Assembly: GCF_014252415.1 (NCBI RefSeq)
Contig: NZ_CP059223.1
Location: 330,001-362,000, forward strand
Length of the DNA stretch: 32,000 nucleotides
From: Candidatus Saccharimonadota bacterium
GTDB taxonomy: Bacteria > Bacteroidota > Bacteroidia > Flavobacteriales > Blattabacteriaceae
Direction of reading: 5' to 3'
Shown: positions 18,994 to 28,416 of the stretch, piece by piece
Numbering within the stretch: the first letter of the stretch is position 1
Layout: every line of letters begins with the position of its first letter
The notes under the pieces: generated by a model
Told to the model about the DNA's origin: nothing
What the model saw: only the letters and a program-made list of their open reading frames with translations
The model's database searches: none
Position numbers and translations under genes: made by a program

Positions 18994-20637
18994 TCAATAA
19001 ACATCTTTTAAATATCTTTTATTTTTTTTCATTTTACTAATAAATGATTCTGGATTTTCTTTTCCTAAATTTTCTACAATACGATAAATTATTTTTTCAA
19101 CATTTATACTCATTGGAGTTTTTTTTCCGCATATATATATATATGCTCCATTTTTTATCCAATAAAAAAATTCCTTTCTATTTTCCCATATTTTATCTTG
19201 TATATAAATTTTGTTTTTTTGATCTCTAGAAAATGCCAGATGAACATGGTATAATAATCCATTTTTTTTCCAATTTTCTATCTCTGATTTATATAAAAAA
19301 TCTCTAGAATAATATTGATTTCCAAAAAATAACCAATTTTTCCCTGATGCATTTATTGACTCTCTTTCATATAAGAATGCTCTAAAAGGAGCAATTCCAG
19401 TCCCAGGACCTATAAGAATAATATCCTTATCAGGATCAGGTAACTTAAAAAAATTATTTTTATAAATAAAAAAATTAATCTTATCTCCCTTTTTCAATTT
19501 AGACAAAAAATTTGAACAATAACCATACTTAATCTTATCATTATATTTATATTTATTTAATAATACAGTTATATGTATTTTATCGACATGTTTTTTTAAA
19601 GAAGAAGATATTGAATATAATCTAGGTTTTATAGGATTCATAATTTCTATAAAATTTTCTATAAAAAATTTTTCTTTATTTAAAGAATAAAAATTTTTTA
19701 TAATAGTAAAAATATCTAATTGATCTAAATTTTTTATTCCAAATGTTATACTTTTATTTTTTAAATATTTTATAGGTATATTGTATATATCCTTATTTTT
19801 TAACTTATGAAAAATATCAAAATTTTTTTTAATATTTAAATTAAGTAATTTCATTATTTTATTAATAATATTTGAATCATTTTCAGGATAAATACCGATA
19901 GCATCTCCTGGAGAATATTGAATATTTTTTGGAATTAAAATCTCGATATGATATACATTTTTATTTTTATTATTATTCAGTAATATATTTTTATCTATTA
20001 TACCTAGATTTTCTTTTTTTTTTATGTTAAAATTTAATTTTTTACTTTTATGATTTTTTTCTCTAAAAAAATTAATAATATTATTAATCCATTTTTCTGA
20101 TTCTTTTTTATAAAAAACATCACATTTTTGTATTTTCAATATTCTATCACCTCCTATTAATTTTAAACGTTGGTCTATATCATCTCCAGCTTTACAGAAA
20201 GTATCATATGATTTATCCCCCAAAGCTAAAACACTATATTTTAAATTTTTTATACGAATATTTTTATTATGAATAAAATTAAAAAAATCTTTTCCTGAAT
20301 TAGGAGGTTCTCCATTTCCATGAGTACTAATCACTATTAATAAATAAGATTCTTTTTCTAGATTAAATAAACAATAGTCTTCAAGATTTAATAATTTAAT
20401 TTTTAATTTTTCTTCATTAATTTTTTTATAAATATTTAATGCTAAATTCTTTGCATTTCCAGTTTCACTAGAATAAACTAATGTAATAACATCGTTATTT
20501 TCTTTATTTATAAATTCCTTTTCTTCTATAAGTTTAGATATAATTCCTGAAATATATCCATTAATCCACATAATTTCTTTCAAAGAAGATTTTTTTATTA
20601 AATCAGATAATATCTTCATACTCATATTAGACAACAT
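18994..20637 (-). CDS. cysJ: sulfite reductase [NADPH] flavoprotein alpha-component (diflavin reductase)
   Basis: 547 aa. Flavodoxin block VYSSETGNAKNLA, FAD block RLYSISSS, NADPH block GPGTGIAPFRAF, YIYICG, and C-terminal YLKDVY. Confidence 0.85.
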   Translation of the reverse strand: MLSNMSMKILSDLIKKSSLKEIMWINGYISGIISKLIEEKEFINKENNDVITLVYSSETGNAKNLALNIYKKINEEKLKIKLLNLEDYCLFNLEKESYLLIVISTHGNGEPPNSGKDFFNFIHNKNIRIKNLKYSVLALGDKSYDTFCKAGDDIDQRLKLIGGDRILKIQKCDVFYKKESEKWINNIINFFREKNHKSKKLNFNIKKKENLGIIDKNILLNNNKNKNVYHIEILIPKNIQYSPGDAIGIYPENDSNIINKIMKLLNLNIKKNFDIFHKLKNKDIYNIPIKYLKNKSITFGIKNLDQLDIFTIIKNFYSLNKEKFFIENFIEIMNPIKPRLYSISSSLKKHVDKIHITVLLNKYKYNDKIKYGYCSNFLSKLKKGDKINFFIYKNNFFKLPDPDKDIILIGPGTGIAPFRAFLYERESINASGKNWLFFGNQYYSRDFLYKSEIENWKKNGLLYHVHLAFSRDQKNKIYIQDKIWENRKEFFYWIKNGAYIYICGKKTPMSINVEKIIYRIVENLGKENPESFISKMKKNKRYLKDVY

Positions 20638-20668
20638 AAAATAAATATATTTTTATTATAAATTAAAA

Positions 20669-21577
20669 TTAAAACAAATTATCAACTGATATATATCTTT
20701 CTCCAGTATCGTAATTTATTGTTAAAATTGTTGATTTTTTAGGAAATTTACTTAAATTTTTATCTATAGCCGCTATAGATGCTCCTGTAGATATTCCAAC
20801 TAATAATCCTTCTTTTTTTGCCATTTTTCTAACACAATTAAATGCTTCATCTTTAGATATTAAAAAAGTTCCATTCAATAATTTTCTATTTAAAATAGTT
20901 GGAATAAATCCAGCTCCTATTCCTTGTAATTCATGAGGATTTGAAATCCCCCCAAATATAACTGGGGATTCCATAGGTTCTACAGAAAAAATTTTTATGT
21001 TAGGAAACATTTTTTTTAAAATATTTCCTATACCTGTTATATGACCTCCAGTTCCCACTCCAGTTATAAAATAATCTATTCCATCAGGAAAAGATTTTAC
21101 AATTTCTTTTCCTGTAGTTTTTTCATGGATAATTATATTTGATTTATTTTCAAATTGACTTGGCATCCATGAATTAGGTATTGTATTTACTAATTCATTA
21201 GCTTTTTCTATGGCTCCTTTCATTCCTTTCTCTTTAGAAGTAAGCACAAATTTTGATCCAAAAACAGAAAATAATTTTCTTCTTTCATGACTCATTGACT
21301 CCGGCATGACTAAAATTAAACGATATCCTTTGACTGAAGCTACTATAGACAATCCTACCCCTGTGTTTCCAGATGTAGGTTCTATAATAATATCCCCTTT
21401 ATTAAGCAATCCTTTTTTTTCTGCATCATTTACCATGGATAACGCTATTCTATCTTTTATACTACCTCCTGGATTATTTCGTTCTAATTTAATCCAAATA
21501 TTATGTTTTGGATACAATCGTTTAAGACGAAGATGCGGAGTGTTTCCAATAGAATCTAGGATATTATCTATTTTCAT
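20669..21577 (-). CDS. cysK: cysteine synthase A (O-acetylserine sulfhydrylase)
   Basis: 302 aa. PLP-Lys block [20 protein letters not shown], and [10 protein letters not shown]. Confidence 0.93.
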   Translation of the reverse strand: MKIDNILDSIGNTPHLRLKRLYPKHNIWIKLERNNPGGSIKDRIALSMVNDAEKKGLLNKGDIIIEPTSGNTGVGLSIVASVKGYRLILVMPESMSHERRKLFSVFGSKFVLTSKEKGMKGAIEKANELVNTIPNSWMPSQFENKSNIIIHEKTTGKEIVKSFPDGIDYFITGVGTGGHITGIGNILKKMFPNIKIFSVEPMESPVIFGGISNPHELQGIGAGFIPTILNRKLLNGTFLISKDEAFNCVRKMAKKEGLLVGISTGASIAAIDKNLSKFPKKSTILTINYDTGERYISVDNLF

Positions 21578-21594
21578 TATATTATCAATTATTT

Positions 21595-22431
21595 TTATAT
21601 TGTAAAATTAATAGGATCAGGAAAATAATTATTATTTCTCATTTTTATTTCACTTTTTTGATAAACTATAGAATATGGAGGAATACTTCTTGTAATCCAT
21701 ACATTTCCACCTAATATGCTATCATGACCTATAATTGTATTTCCTCCAAGTATAGTTGCCCCAGCATAAATAGTTACTTTATCTTCAATAGTAGGATGAC
21801 GTTTTAAATTAGATAATTTTTTATCAACATAAATTGCACCCAAGGTTACACCTTGATATATTTTCACTTTATTTCCTATTTTAGTACTGGAACCTATTAC
21901 TATTCCTGTTCCATGATCTATAGAAAATTCTTGACCTATACTTGCAGAAGCATGAATATCTATCCCAGTTTTACTATGAGCATATTCTGTTATCAATCTT
22001 GGAATGATTGGAATTTTTTGATTCCAAAATTCATGAGCCATTCTATATAAAGCAATAGCGAAAAATCCAGGATAAGTTAAAAAAATTTCTTCAATTGATG
22101 TTGCTGCTGGATCTGATTTTAATATTGCATAAGCATCTACTAATAATAGTTTATAAATATTTGGGATTTCTTTAAAAAAAATTTCAGAATATTTCTTTGA
22201 TTTCTTTTCTGAAAAATCTAACTCTATTAAAATAGAATACAATATTTTGTATAAATTTCTATAGTTTTCTGTAAAAATGAATTCATTATATAATAATGAT
22301 GAATCGGGTGTAAATAATATATGAAATAATTTATCTACAAAAAATTTTGATTTAATTTTATCAGGAAACTTTTTTTTCCTTTTTTTATTTTTCTCAAAAA
22401 GAGTTTTAGAAAAATCTAAATTATTAATCAT
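21595..22431 (-). CDS. cysE: serine O-acetyltransferase
   Basis: 278 aa. SATase N-domain block [32 protein letters not shown] followed by hexapeptide repeats [42 protein letters not shown]. Confidence 0.88.
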   Translation of the reverse strand: MINNLDFSKTLFEKNKKRKKKFPDKIKSKFFVDKLFHILFTPDSSLLYNEFIFTENYRNLYKILYSILIELDFSEKKSKKYSEIFFKEIPNIYKLLLVDAYAILKSDPAATSIEEIFLTYPGFFAIALYRMAHEFWNQKIPIIPRLITEYAHSKTGIDIHASASIGQEFSIDHGTGIVIGSSTKIGNKVKIYQGVTLGAIYVDKKLSNLKRHPTIEDKVTIYAGATILGGNTIIGHDSILGGNVWITRSIPPYSIVYQKSEIKMRNNNYFPDPINFTI

Positions 22432-22556
22432 AAATAAAGATAGATGCTAATAGATTAAAAAAGAAGAATTAATAAATTATCATTACTAATATAAATAAGA
22501 TTTTATTAAATTTATAAAAATATTATAATAAAACATAAAAAAATTTAAATTTTAAG

Positions 22557-23783
22557 ATGAAAATAAAAGTTACTAATCCTATTGTTGAAATGGATGGTGA
22601 TGAAATGGCAAGAATTATATGGAAATATATAAAAAAATATTTTATTTATCCATATTTAGATATCAAAATTATTTATTTTGATCTAGGATTAAAAAATAGA
22701 AATTATACTAATGACCAAGTTACAATTGATGCAGCTAAAGCTATAAAAAAATATAATGTAGGAGTGAAATGTGCAACAATAACTCCAGATAAAAAAAGAA
22801 TGAAGGAATTTAATCTAAAAAAAATGTGGAAATCTCCAAATGGAACAATAAGAAATATAATAAATGGAACAATTTTTAGAGAACCTATAATTATAAATAA
22901 TTTTCCTAAAAAAATTAAAAATTGGAAATATCCTATATGTATTGCTAGACATGCTTATGCAGATCAATATGATTCTGTTGATTTTTCTATAAAAAATAAA
23001 GGTACTTTATACCTTCATTTTATTCCAGATAATTTAAATAAAAATAATGAAAAAAAAATTCAAATTCATCATTTTTCATCTCCTGGAATTGCAATGGGAA
23101 TGTATAATACGGAAAAATCTATATATAATTTTGCTCTTTCTTGTTTTAATTATTCTATATATAAAAAGTATTCTCTTTTTTTATCTACAAAAAATACAAT
23201 TCTTAAGTATTACGATGGTAAATATGTTGATATTTTTAAAAAATTATATAAATCAAAATTTGAATCAAAATTTAAAAAATTAAATATAAAATATGAACAT
23301 TATTTAATAGATGACATGATATCAAAAGTTATTAAATCAAATGGAGGTTTTATATGGGCATGTAAAAATTACGATGGAGATGTACAGTCTGATTGTATTG
23401 CTCAAGGATTTGGTTCCCTAGGCATGATGACTTCTATTTTATTGACTGCAGACGGAAAAACATTTGAATCTGAAGCTGCTCATGGAACTATAACTAGACA
23501 TTATAAAAAATATAAGAAAGGAATTATTACATCAACAAATCCAATAGCGTTACTATTTGCATGGACAAAGGCATTAAAACATAGAGCTTATTTAGATAAT
23601 AATGATGATTTAAGACTTTTTTCAGAAAAAATTGAAAAATCATGTAAAACATTTGTAGAAGAAGGAAATGTAACTAAAGATTTATTATTATCAATGAATA
23701 ATTTAAATATAAATAAATATTTAGATACAGAATCTTTTATTAAGGATTTTAAAAAATTTTTAGAAAAAAAATTAAAAATTTAA
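22557..23783 (+). CDS. icd: isocitrate dehydrogenase (NADP+), eukaryote-like subfamily II
   Basis: 408 aa with NPIVEMDGDEMARIIW, ARHAYADQY, CKNYDGDVQSD and EAAHGTITRHY. Confidence 0.94.
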   Translation: MKIKVTNPIVEMDGDEMARIIWKYIKKYFIYPYLDIKIIYFDLGLKNRNYTNDQVTIDAAKAIKKYNVGVKCATITPDKKRMKEFNLKKMWKSPNGTIRNIINGTIFREPIIINNFPKKIKNWKYPICIARHAYADQYDSVDFSIKNKGTLYLHFIPDNLNKNNEKKIQIHHFSSPGIAMGMYNTEKSIYNFALSCFNYSIYKKYSLFLSTKNTILKYYDGKYVDIFKKLYKSKFESKFKKLNIKYEHYLIDDMISKVIKSNGGFIWACKNYDGDVQSDCIAQGFGSLGMMTSILLTADGKTFESEAAHGTITRHYKKYKKGIITSTNPIALLFAWTKALKHRAYLDNNDDLRLFSEKIEKSCKTFVEEGNVTKDLLLSMNNLNINKYLDTESFIKDFKKFLEKKLKI

Positions 23784-24836
23784 TTATTCATTTTTTAATA
23801 ATAATTCATTTATAATTTCTATTTTTTTTATTTTTCCTATAAAATTTTCTTTAAATTTTGACACAAAAAATATTTTTTTAGGTTTTAAATACTTTTTTTT
23901 AAAAAAAAATTCTGGTATTTTTATAATAAAAAAACTTCCTTCAATGACTAATATTATTTTTTCACCAAAAAAATCATCTGGAATAGATGATATAAAAAAT
24001 CTTCTTTTTTTAATAAAAGGTTCAATTTTTTTCTCTAATAATTCAGGTATAATTTTAATTCCTCCTGTATTAATAATATTATCATATCTTCCGATTACAT
24101 TAAAACTATTTTTAGATTGTAATTTAACAATGTCATTTGTTTGAAAAAAGATATTATTCATTTCTGGAAAAATTATTTTTAGACAATTTCTTTTATCTAC
24201 ATCAATTACTACATCATTTAAAGATTTAAAATAATTATCTTTATTAGATCCATTAATTTTTTTAAACGCTATATGTCCATAAGTTTCTGTTAATCCATAT
24301 ACATCATAACAATTTGAAATAATATTTTGTAATTTACACTTGATTATATCTTTTATTTTAGATCCTCCAATAAGAATGTTTTTTATATTATTTAAGTATT
24401 TTATACTAAAAAAACTTTGAATAGGTGCCATTGATGTAATATCAAATGTATAATTTTTAATTTTTTCTAATGGATTAGATGATGGATAAACACATAATAT
24501 TTTCCAATTAAAAATCATGGCACGAACTAAAAACATTTTAGATGCTATAAAATTTGGAGATAAACATAACAATCCTTTTACATTATTTTTTTTATTTAGA
24601 TTTAAATATTCAACGCTTTTTATAGCTCTATGAATCATATACTTTTTTTTTAAAAAAATCGTTTTTGGGTATCCTGTACTACCAGAAGTAACAACTTTTA
24701 TAAAAGAATTATTATCTTTCCATTCATTTAAGAAATCAATAATTGATTTTATCCAATGACAATTAATTTTGGTTTCAAAAAAATTTTTTTTATCAGAAAA
24801 ATCTATCCAAACATTTTTCAAATGATTTTTTTTCAC
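23784..24836 (-). CDS. menE: O-succinylbenzoate--CoA ligase
   Basis: 350 aa short adenylate-forming enzyme with TSGSTGYPKTI, YGLTET and NTGGIKIIPELLE. It lies directly downstream of menC. Its stop abuts the icd stop (0 nt spacer) and its start overlaps the menC 3' end by 44 nt. Confidence 0.8.
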   Translation of the reverse strand: MKKNHLKNVWIDFSDKKNFFETKINCHWIKSIIDFLNEWKDNNSFIKVVTSGSTGYPKTIFLKKKYMIHRAIKSVEYLNLNKKNNVKGLLCLSPNFIASKMFLVRAMIFNWKILCVYPSSNPLEKIKNYTFDITSMAPIQSFFSIKYLNNIKNILIGGSKIKDIIKCKLQNIISNCYDVYGLTETYGHIAFKKINGSNKDNYFKSLNDVVIDVDKRNCLKIIFPEMNNIFFQTNDIVKLQSKNSFNVIGRYDNIINTGGIKIIPELLEKKIEPFIKKRRFFISSIPDDFFGEKIILVIEGSFFIIKIPEFFFKKKYLKPKKIFFVSKFKENFIGKIKKIEIINELLLKNE

Positions 24837-25152
24837 AAAATTTTATAATTTTATTATTATACCATATGGATCCATTTTTTATTAAAAAAGTAGGAAACGA
24901 GTTATTTTTTTTATATAAATTAAAAGTATTTAATCCATGAAAATATGAATTATTTTTTTTATATTTATTAATCATTAAAAATGTCCATTGGGAAATGGCA
25001 TTAATACCTATATTACTTTCTAATGATGAACTTATACACCATTTTATATTTCTTTTATTTGATTCAATAATCCATTCCTCAGATTCAATAAATCCTCCAT
25101 TAATACTAGGTTTTAGTATAATATATTGAGGTTTTATAAAATCTAAAATCAT
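24793..25152 (-). CDS. menC: o-succinylbenzoate synthase, C-terminal fragment (frame-broken gene)
   Basis: 119 aa carrying the second catalytic Lys block IILKPSINGG and SSSLESNIG of enolase-superfamily OSBS. Its ATG overlaps the stop of the N-terminal fragment (ATGA). Confidence 0.75.
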   Translation of the reverse strand: MILDFIKPQYIILKPSINGGFIESEEWIIESNKRNIKWCISSSLESNIGINAISQWTFLMINKYKKNNSYFHGLNTFNLYKKNNSFPTFLIKNGSIWYNNKIIKFCEKKSFEKCLDRFF

Positions 25153-25907
25153 AACTTTTTTTTTAATTTTATTACTCCATTTAATTCTTCATCTAATGCT
25201 ATTGGTATCATTGATTTTTTACATATTTTTTTCATCTCTTTCCAATTTCCTTTTAAAATTGGTTGTTCTATATAGGAAATAGATTTTATTTTTATTAATT
25301 TTTCTATAAAAAAAATTGTGTCACGTAAATCGATAAAACATCCATTTGCATCTAATCTAATTTGTAAAAAAGGATATTTTTTATATATCATTGATAAAAT
25401 ATAATATTGAATATCAAATGATTTTTTATCTATTTTAATTTTCATAGATAAAAAACCATTTGATATTTTATTTTCTATATACCTACATATTTTTTTTTCA
25501 TTAAAATTTTTATATTTTTTTAACCATATTAAATTATTTACTGGTATTCCAATTCTTCCTTTAGTAAAATTAGAATTATATAAAATAGGAAAATTTTTTT
25601 TTTTTAAAAAAAGAAATACTTGTTCAAAAGCAAACAATATAGACGGATTTAATATTTTTTTACGATAAAAGTTAAAATCTACTTTTTTACTAAAAAATAA
25701 TTTTAATAAAAATAAAATATTATTTTCTATTTTATCTAAATCATTATTATTAGGATTTATTGTTAATAATGGATTACATTCACCAACCCCTATTATTTTT
25801 TCATTTCTTTTTAAAAGAATAATCCAAATTTGATTTACATAAAAATTTGTAATTGAATTATATATTCCATTTTTAAAAAAAAGTTTTTTTTTAATTAAAT
25901 AAAACAT
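25149..25907 (-). CDS. menC: o-succinylbenzoate synthase, N-terminal fragment (frame-broken gene)
   Basis: 252 aa with capping domain GVGECNPL, KxK block SMKIKID, and metal-ligand blocks IRLDANG, YIEQP and IALDEEL. It ends LKKKL-stop immediately after an A9 tract. Confidence 0.8.
   Translation of the reverse strand: MFYLIKKKLFFKNGIYNSITNFYVNQIWIILLKRNEKIIGVGECNPLLTINPNNNDLDKIENNILFLLKLFFSKKVDFNFYRKKILNPSILFAFEQVFLFLKKKNFPILYNSNFTKGRIGIPVNNLIWLKKYKNFNEKKICRYIENKISNGFLSMKIKIDKKSFDIQYYILSMIYKKYPFLQIRLDANGCFIDLRDTIFFIEKLIKIKSISYIEQPILKGNWKEMKKICKKSMIPIALDEELNGVIKLKKKL
25155..25164 (-). other. A9 homopolymer containing an in-phase A_AAA_AAG heptamer at the menC frame break
   Basis: The coding strand reads tta aaa aaa aag tta tga (plus-strand T9 at 25156-25164, c at 25155). 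The -1 frame continues gtt atg att tta..., which is the C-terminal fragment. Confidence 0.9.
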
Positions 25908-25918
25908 AAAAATTTTTA

Positions 25919-26608
25919 TTAAATTATTATAGATTCTTCACAATTCAATAAAATCAATTTTTTTTCTTTATTGTAAAATTCTTTTATTGATTTTTCTTTA
26001 TTAATTTTAATATTTTCAAAAGTATCATAATGTACTCCTAAAATTTGATCACATTTTAATAAATCTGAGGCAATAATAGAATCATAAACATCCATGGTAT
26101 ATACTCCACCTATTGGTAATACAGATAAATTTAAATCTCCAAATTTTGGAATGAATTTCATTTCATATGTAATAGATGTATCTCCAGATATATAAATATT
26201 TCCTTCATTTGTATGTAATAAAAATCCTCCAGGATTCCCCCCATAACTTCCATCATTAAATGAACTAGAATGTAATGCAAATGTATATTTTATTTTTCCA
26301 AATGGAAAAGTAATAAAAGATCCATAATTAATTCCACATGAACTAATATTTTTTTTATTAAAATAATTAGATATTTCGTAATTAGATATAATCAACATAT
26401 CAGGATTGTTTTTTGAAAAAAGTTCTACATCACATATATGATCATAATGAGCATGAGTAATCAACATATAATCTATTTTTGAATTAATATATTTATTTAA
26501 TAACTGTTTATTAAATAAATTATTTTTAGATAAAAATGGATCTACTATAATTTTTATATTATTAATTTCTAATAATATTGTACTGTGAGATAAATAAGTT
26601 ATCTTCAT
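25919..26608 (-). CDS. UPF0173-family metal-dependent hydrolase (metallo-beta-lactamase fold)
   Basis: 229 aa with MKITYLSHSTILLE, intact HxHxDH motif (ITHAHYDH), HSSS...GGNPGGF, SGDT and LPIGGVYTM..HYDTF blocks. It is embedded between menA and menC. Confidence 0.8.
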   Translation of the reverse strand: MKITYLSHSTILLEINNIKIIVDPFLSKNNLFNKQLLNKYINSKIDYMLITHAHYDHICDVELFSKNNPDMLIISNYEISNYFNKKNISSCGINYGSFITFPFGKIKYTFALHSSSFNDGSYGGNPGGFLLHTNEGNIYISGDTSITYEMKFIPKFGDLNLSVLPIGGVYTMDVYDSIIASDLLKCDQILGVHYDTFENIKINKEKSIKEFYNKEKKLILLNCEESIII

Positions 26609-26622
26609 ATATAATAAAATTT

Positions 26623-27531
26623 TTAATATCCTATATTTATTGCATGTATTAAAGTAATTAATATCATTTTCTTTAATTCTATTGATAATTTTTTTTTACT
26701 TTTAATTGGTAAAATTATATTATTAATATGTTTCAATAAAAAAATGGATATAAAAATCAATATTATCCATTGATATATATTTTTTTTATTTTTTATAAAA
26801 AAATAAAAATTTATACAAATAGATATAGATAGAATTAATGCCTGATATAATACAGCATATCTAATGTGAAAAAAATTTGCTATAGTTTTTTTTCCATGTA
26901 AAAAATCATTTTTTATATCTCTTATATTATTAATATTTAATACAGAAACATTTAATAATCCTACAGATAAAGATATCAAAATAATATCAATAGATGGAAA
27001 TATGTAAGTATATAAAAAATAACTACTCGTAACAGGAACAATACCAAAAAAAATTAATACAGATAAATCTCCTAAACCTGTAATCCAACCATATGATATA
27101 CCTATTGAATAAGATATAGATGAATATATACAAATTATTAATCCCAATAAATAAAAAATAAAATAAAATATACTCATATTTAATAATAGTGTTTTATATA
27201 TTAGCAATAATCCGGATATAAACGATAATAATGAAAAAATATAAATAGATTTCTTTATTTCATTTTTAGTAAAAAATCTACGTTGAATTACATTTTTTGT
27301 CTTCTTATATGAAGAGCTATCAATTCCTTTTTTATAATCTCCATAATCATTAGATAAATTCGATAATATTTGTAAAAATATTGATGTTAATAAACATAAT
27401 ACATATGTAAATATATTTATTTTTTTATAAAAAAAATTGTTTTTAACATATAAATAACTCGAAGTTATTCCAGATATGGATAAAGGCAATGTATAACATC
27501 TAAAAGCATAAAGCCAATATTTTATTTTCAT
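26623..27531 (-). CDS. menA: 1,4-dihydroxy-2-naphthoate polyprenyltransferase
   Basis: 302 aa polytopic membrane protein of the UbiA family, with Asp-rich motif [11 protein letters not shown] and a second block NNIRDIKND. Confidence 0.88.
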   Translation of the reverse strand: MKIKYWLYAFRCYTLPLSISGITSSYLYVKNNFFYKKINIFTYVLCLLTSIFLQILSNLSNDYGDYKKGIDSSSYKKTKNVIQRRFFTKNEIKKSIYIFSLLSFISGLLLIYKTLLLNMSIFYFIFYLLGLIICIYSSISYSIGISYGWITGLGDLSVLIFFGIVPVTSSYFLYTYIFPSIDIILISLSVGLLNVSVLNINNIRDIKNDFLHGKKTIANFFHIRYAVLYQALILSISICINFYFFIKNKKNIYQWIILIFISIFLLKHINNIILPIKSKKKLSIELKKMILITLIHAINIGY

Positions 27532-28367
27532 AAAAATTTAGTAAACTTTTTAAAGTTTGGATCTCTTTTTTCTAAAAATGCTTTTTTTCCTTCTTGAGAT
27601 TCTTTCATTAAATAAAACATTAAAGTTGCGTCTCCAGCTAATTGCATTAAACCATGTTGACCATCCAATTCTGCGTTTAAACATCTTTTAATTAATCTTA
27701 TAGACATTTGACTTCTTTTTTGTATTGTTTGACACCATTTTATGGTAAATTTTTCTAATTCATCTATTTTTACTACTTTATTAATCAAACCCATATCTAA
27801 TGCTTCCTTCGCAGAATATTTTTTACATAAAAACCACATTTCTCTTGTTTTTTTTTGTCCAATATGACGAGCTAAATAAGAACTTCCAAATCCACCATCA
27901 AAAGAACCAACTTTTGGTCCTACTTGACTAAAGTAGGAATTTTCAGATGCAATAGTTAAATCGCATACAACATGTAATACATGACCCCCCCCTACCGAAT
28001 ATCCGTTTACCATTGCTATAACAGGTTTATGTAATTCTCTTATTTTTTTATAAAAATTTAAAATGTTTAATCTTGGGATACCATCTTCCCCCATATACCC
28101 TCCTAAACCTCTTTCATTTTGATCCCCACCTGAACAAAAATATTTTTTACCAACTCCTGTAATAATTAAAACATCAATATCCATTTTATTTTCACATATA
28201 TTTACAGCATCTATCATTTCTTTTACTGTTTTTACACGAAATGCGTTACAAAATTTTGGACGATTAATTTCTATTTTAGAAATACCGTTCCAAAATAAAA
28301 AATTAATATCTTCATATTTTTTAATTGAAACCCAATTTATTATAGAATTCATAATTAAATAATTCAA
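27528..28367 (-). CDS. menB: 1,4-dihydroxy-2-naphthoyl-CoA synthase
   Basis: 279 aa crotonase-fold protein with [32 protein letters not shown] and [18 protein letters not shown] overlap with menA. Confidence 0.94.
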   Translation of the reverse strand: MNYLIMNSIINWVSIKKYEDINFLFWNGISKIEINRPKFCNAFRVKTVKEMIDAVNICENKMDIDVLIITGVGKKYFCSGGDQNERGLGGYMGEDGIPRLNILNFYKKIRELHKPVIAMVNGYSVGGGHVLHVVCDLTIASENSYFSQVGPKVGSFDGGFGSSYLARHIGQKKTREMWFLCKKYSAKEALDMGLINKVVKIDELEKFTIKWCQTIQKRSQMSIRLIKRCLNAELDGQHGLMQLAGDATLMFYLMKESQEGKKAFLEKRDPNFKKFTKFL

Positions 28368-28416
28368 AATTATTTTTTATTTTTATTAAAATAATAAAAA
28401 AATCTTTATATACATT

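Noticed and set aside
761-24144. Twelve 61-99 aa ORFs from the six-frame track: 761-952(-), 6285-6473(+), 7124-7402(+), 12946-13158(+), 13279-13497(+), 13673-13885(-), 14126-14341(-), 19044-19229(+), 21306-21605(+), 21853-22050(+), 23047-23283(+), 23944-24144(+).
   Set aside because: Each lies almost entirely inside, and antisense to or out of frame with, a longer gene that has strong family motifs (queA, asd, rpiB, GT5-like, rnr, cysJ, cysK, cysE, icd, menE). Their products are low-complexity F/I/L/K/S strings. They are shadow ORFs.
25149-25151. UGA read as Trp (alternative genetic code) as an explanation for the menC break.
   Set aside because: Trp is encoded by TGG throughout conserved positions (for example DVWEHAYY in sod and TRWATHG in glmS). 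Reading through this TGA meets TAG two codons later in the same frame, and the C-terminal homology is in the -1 frame.
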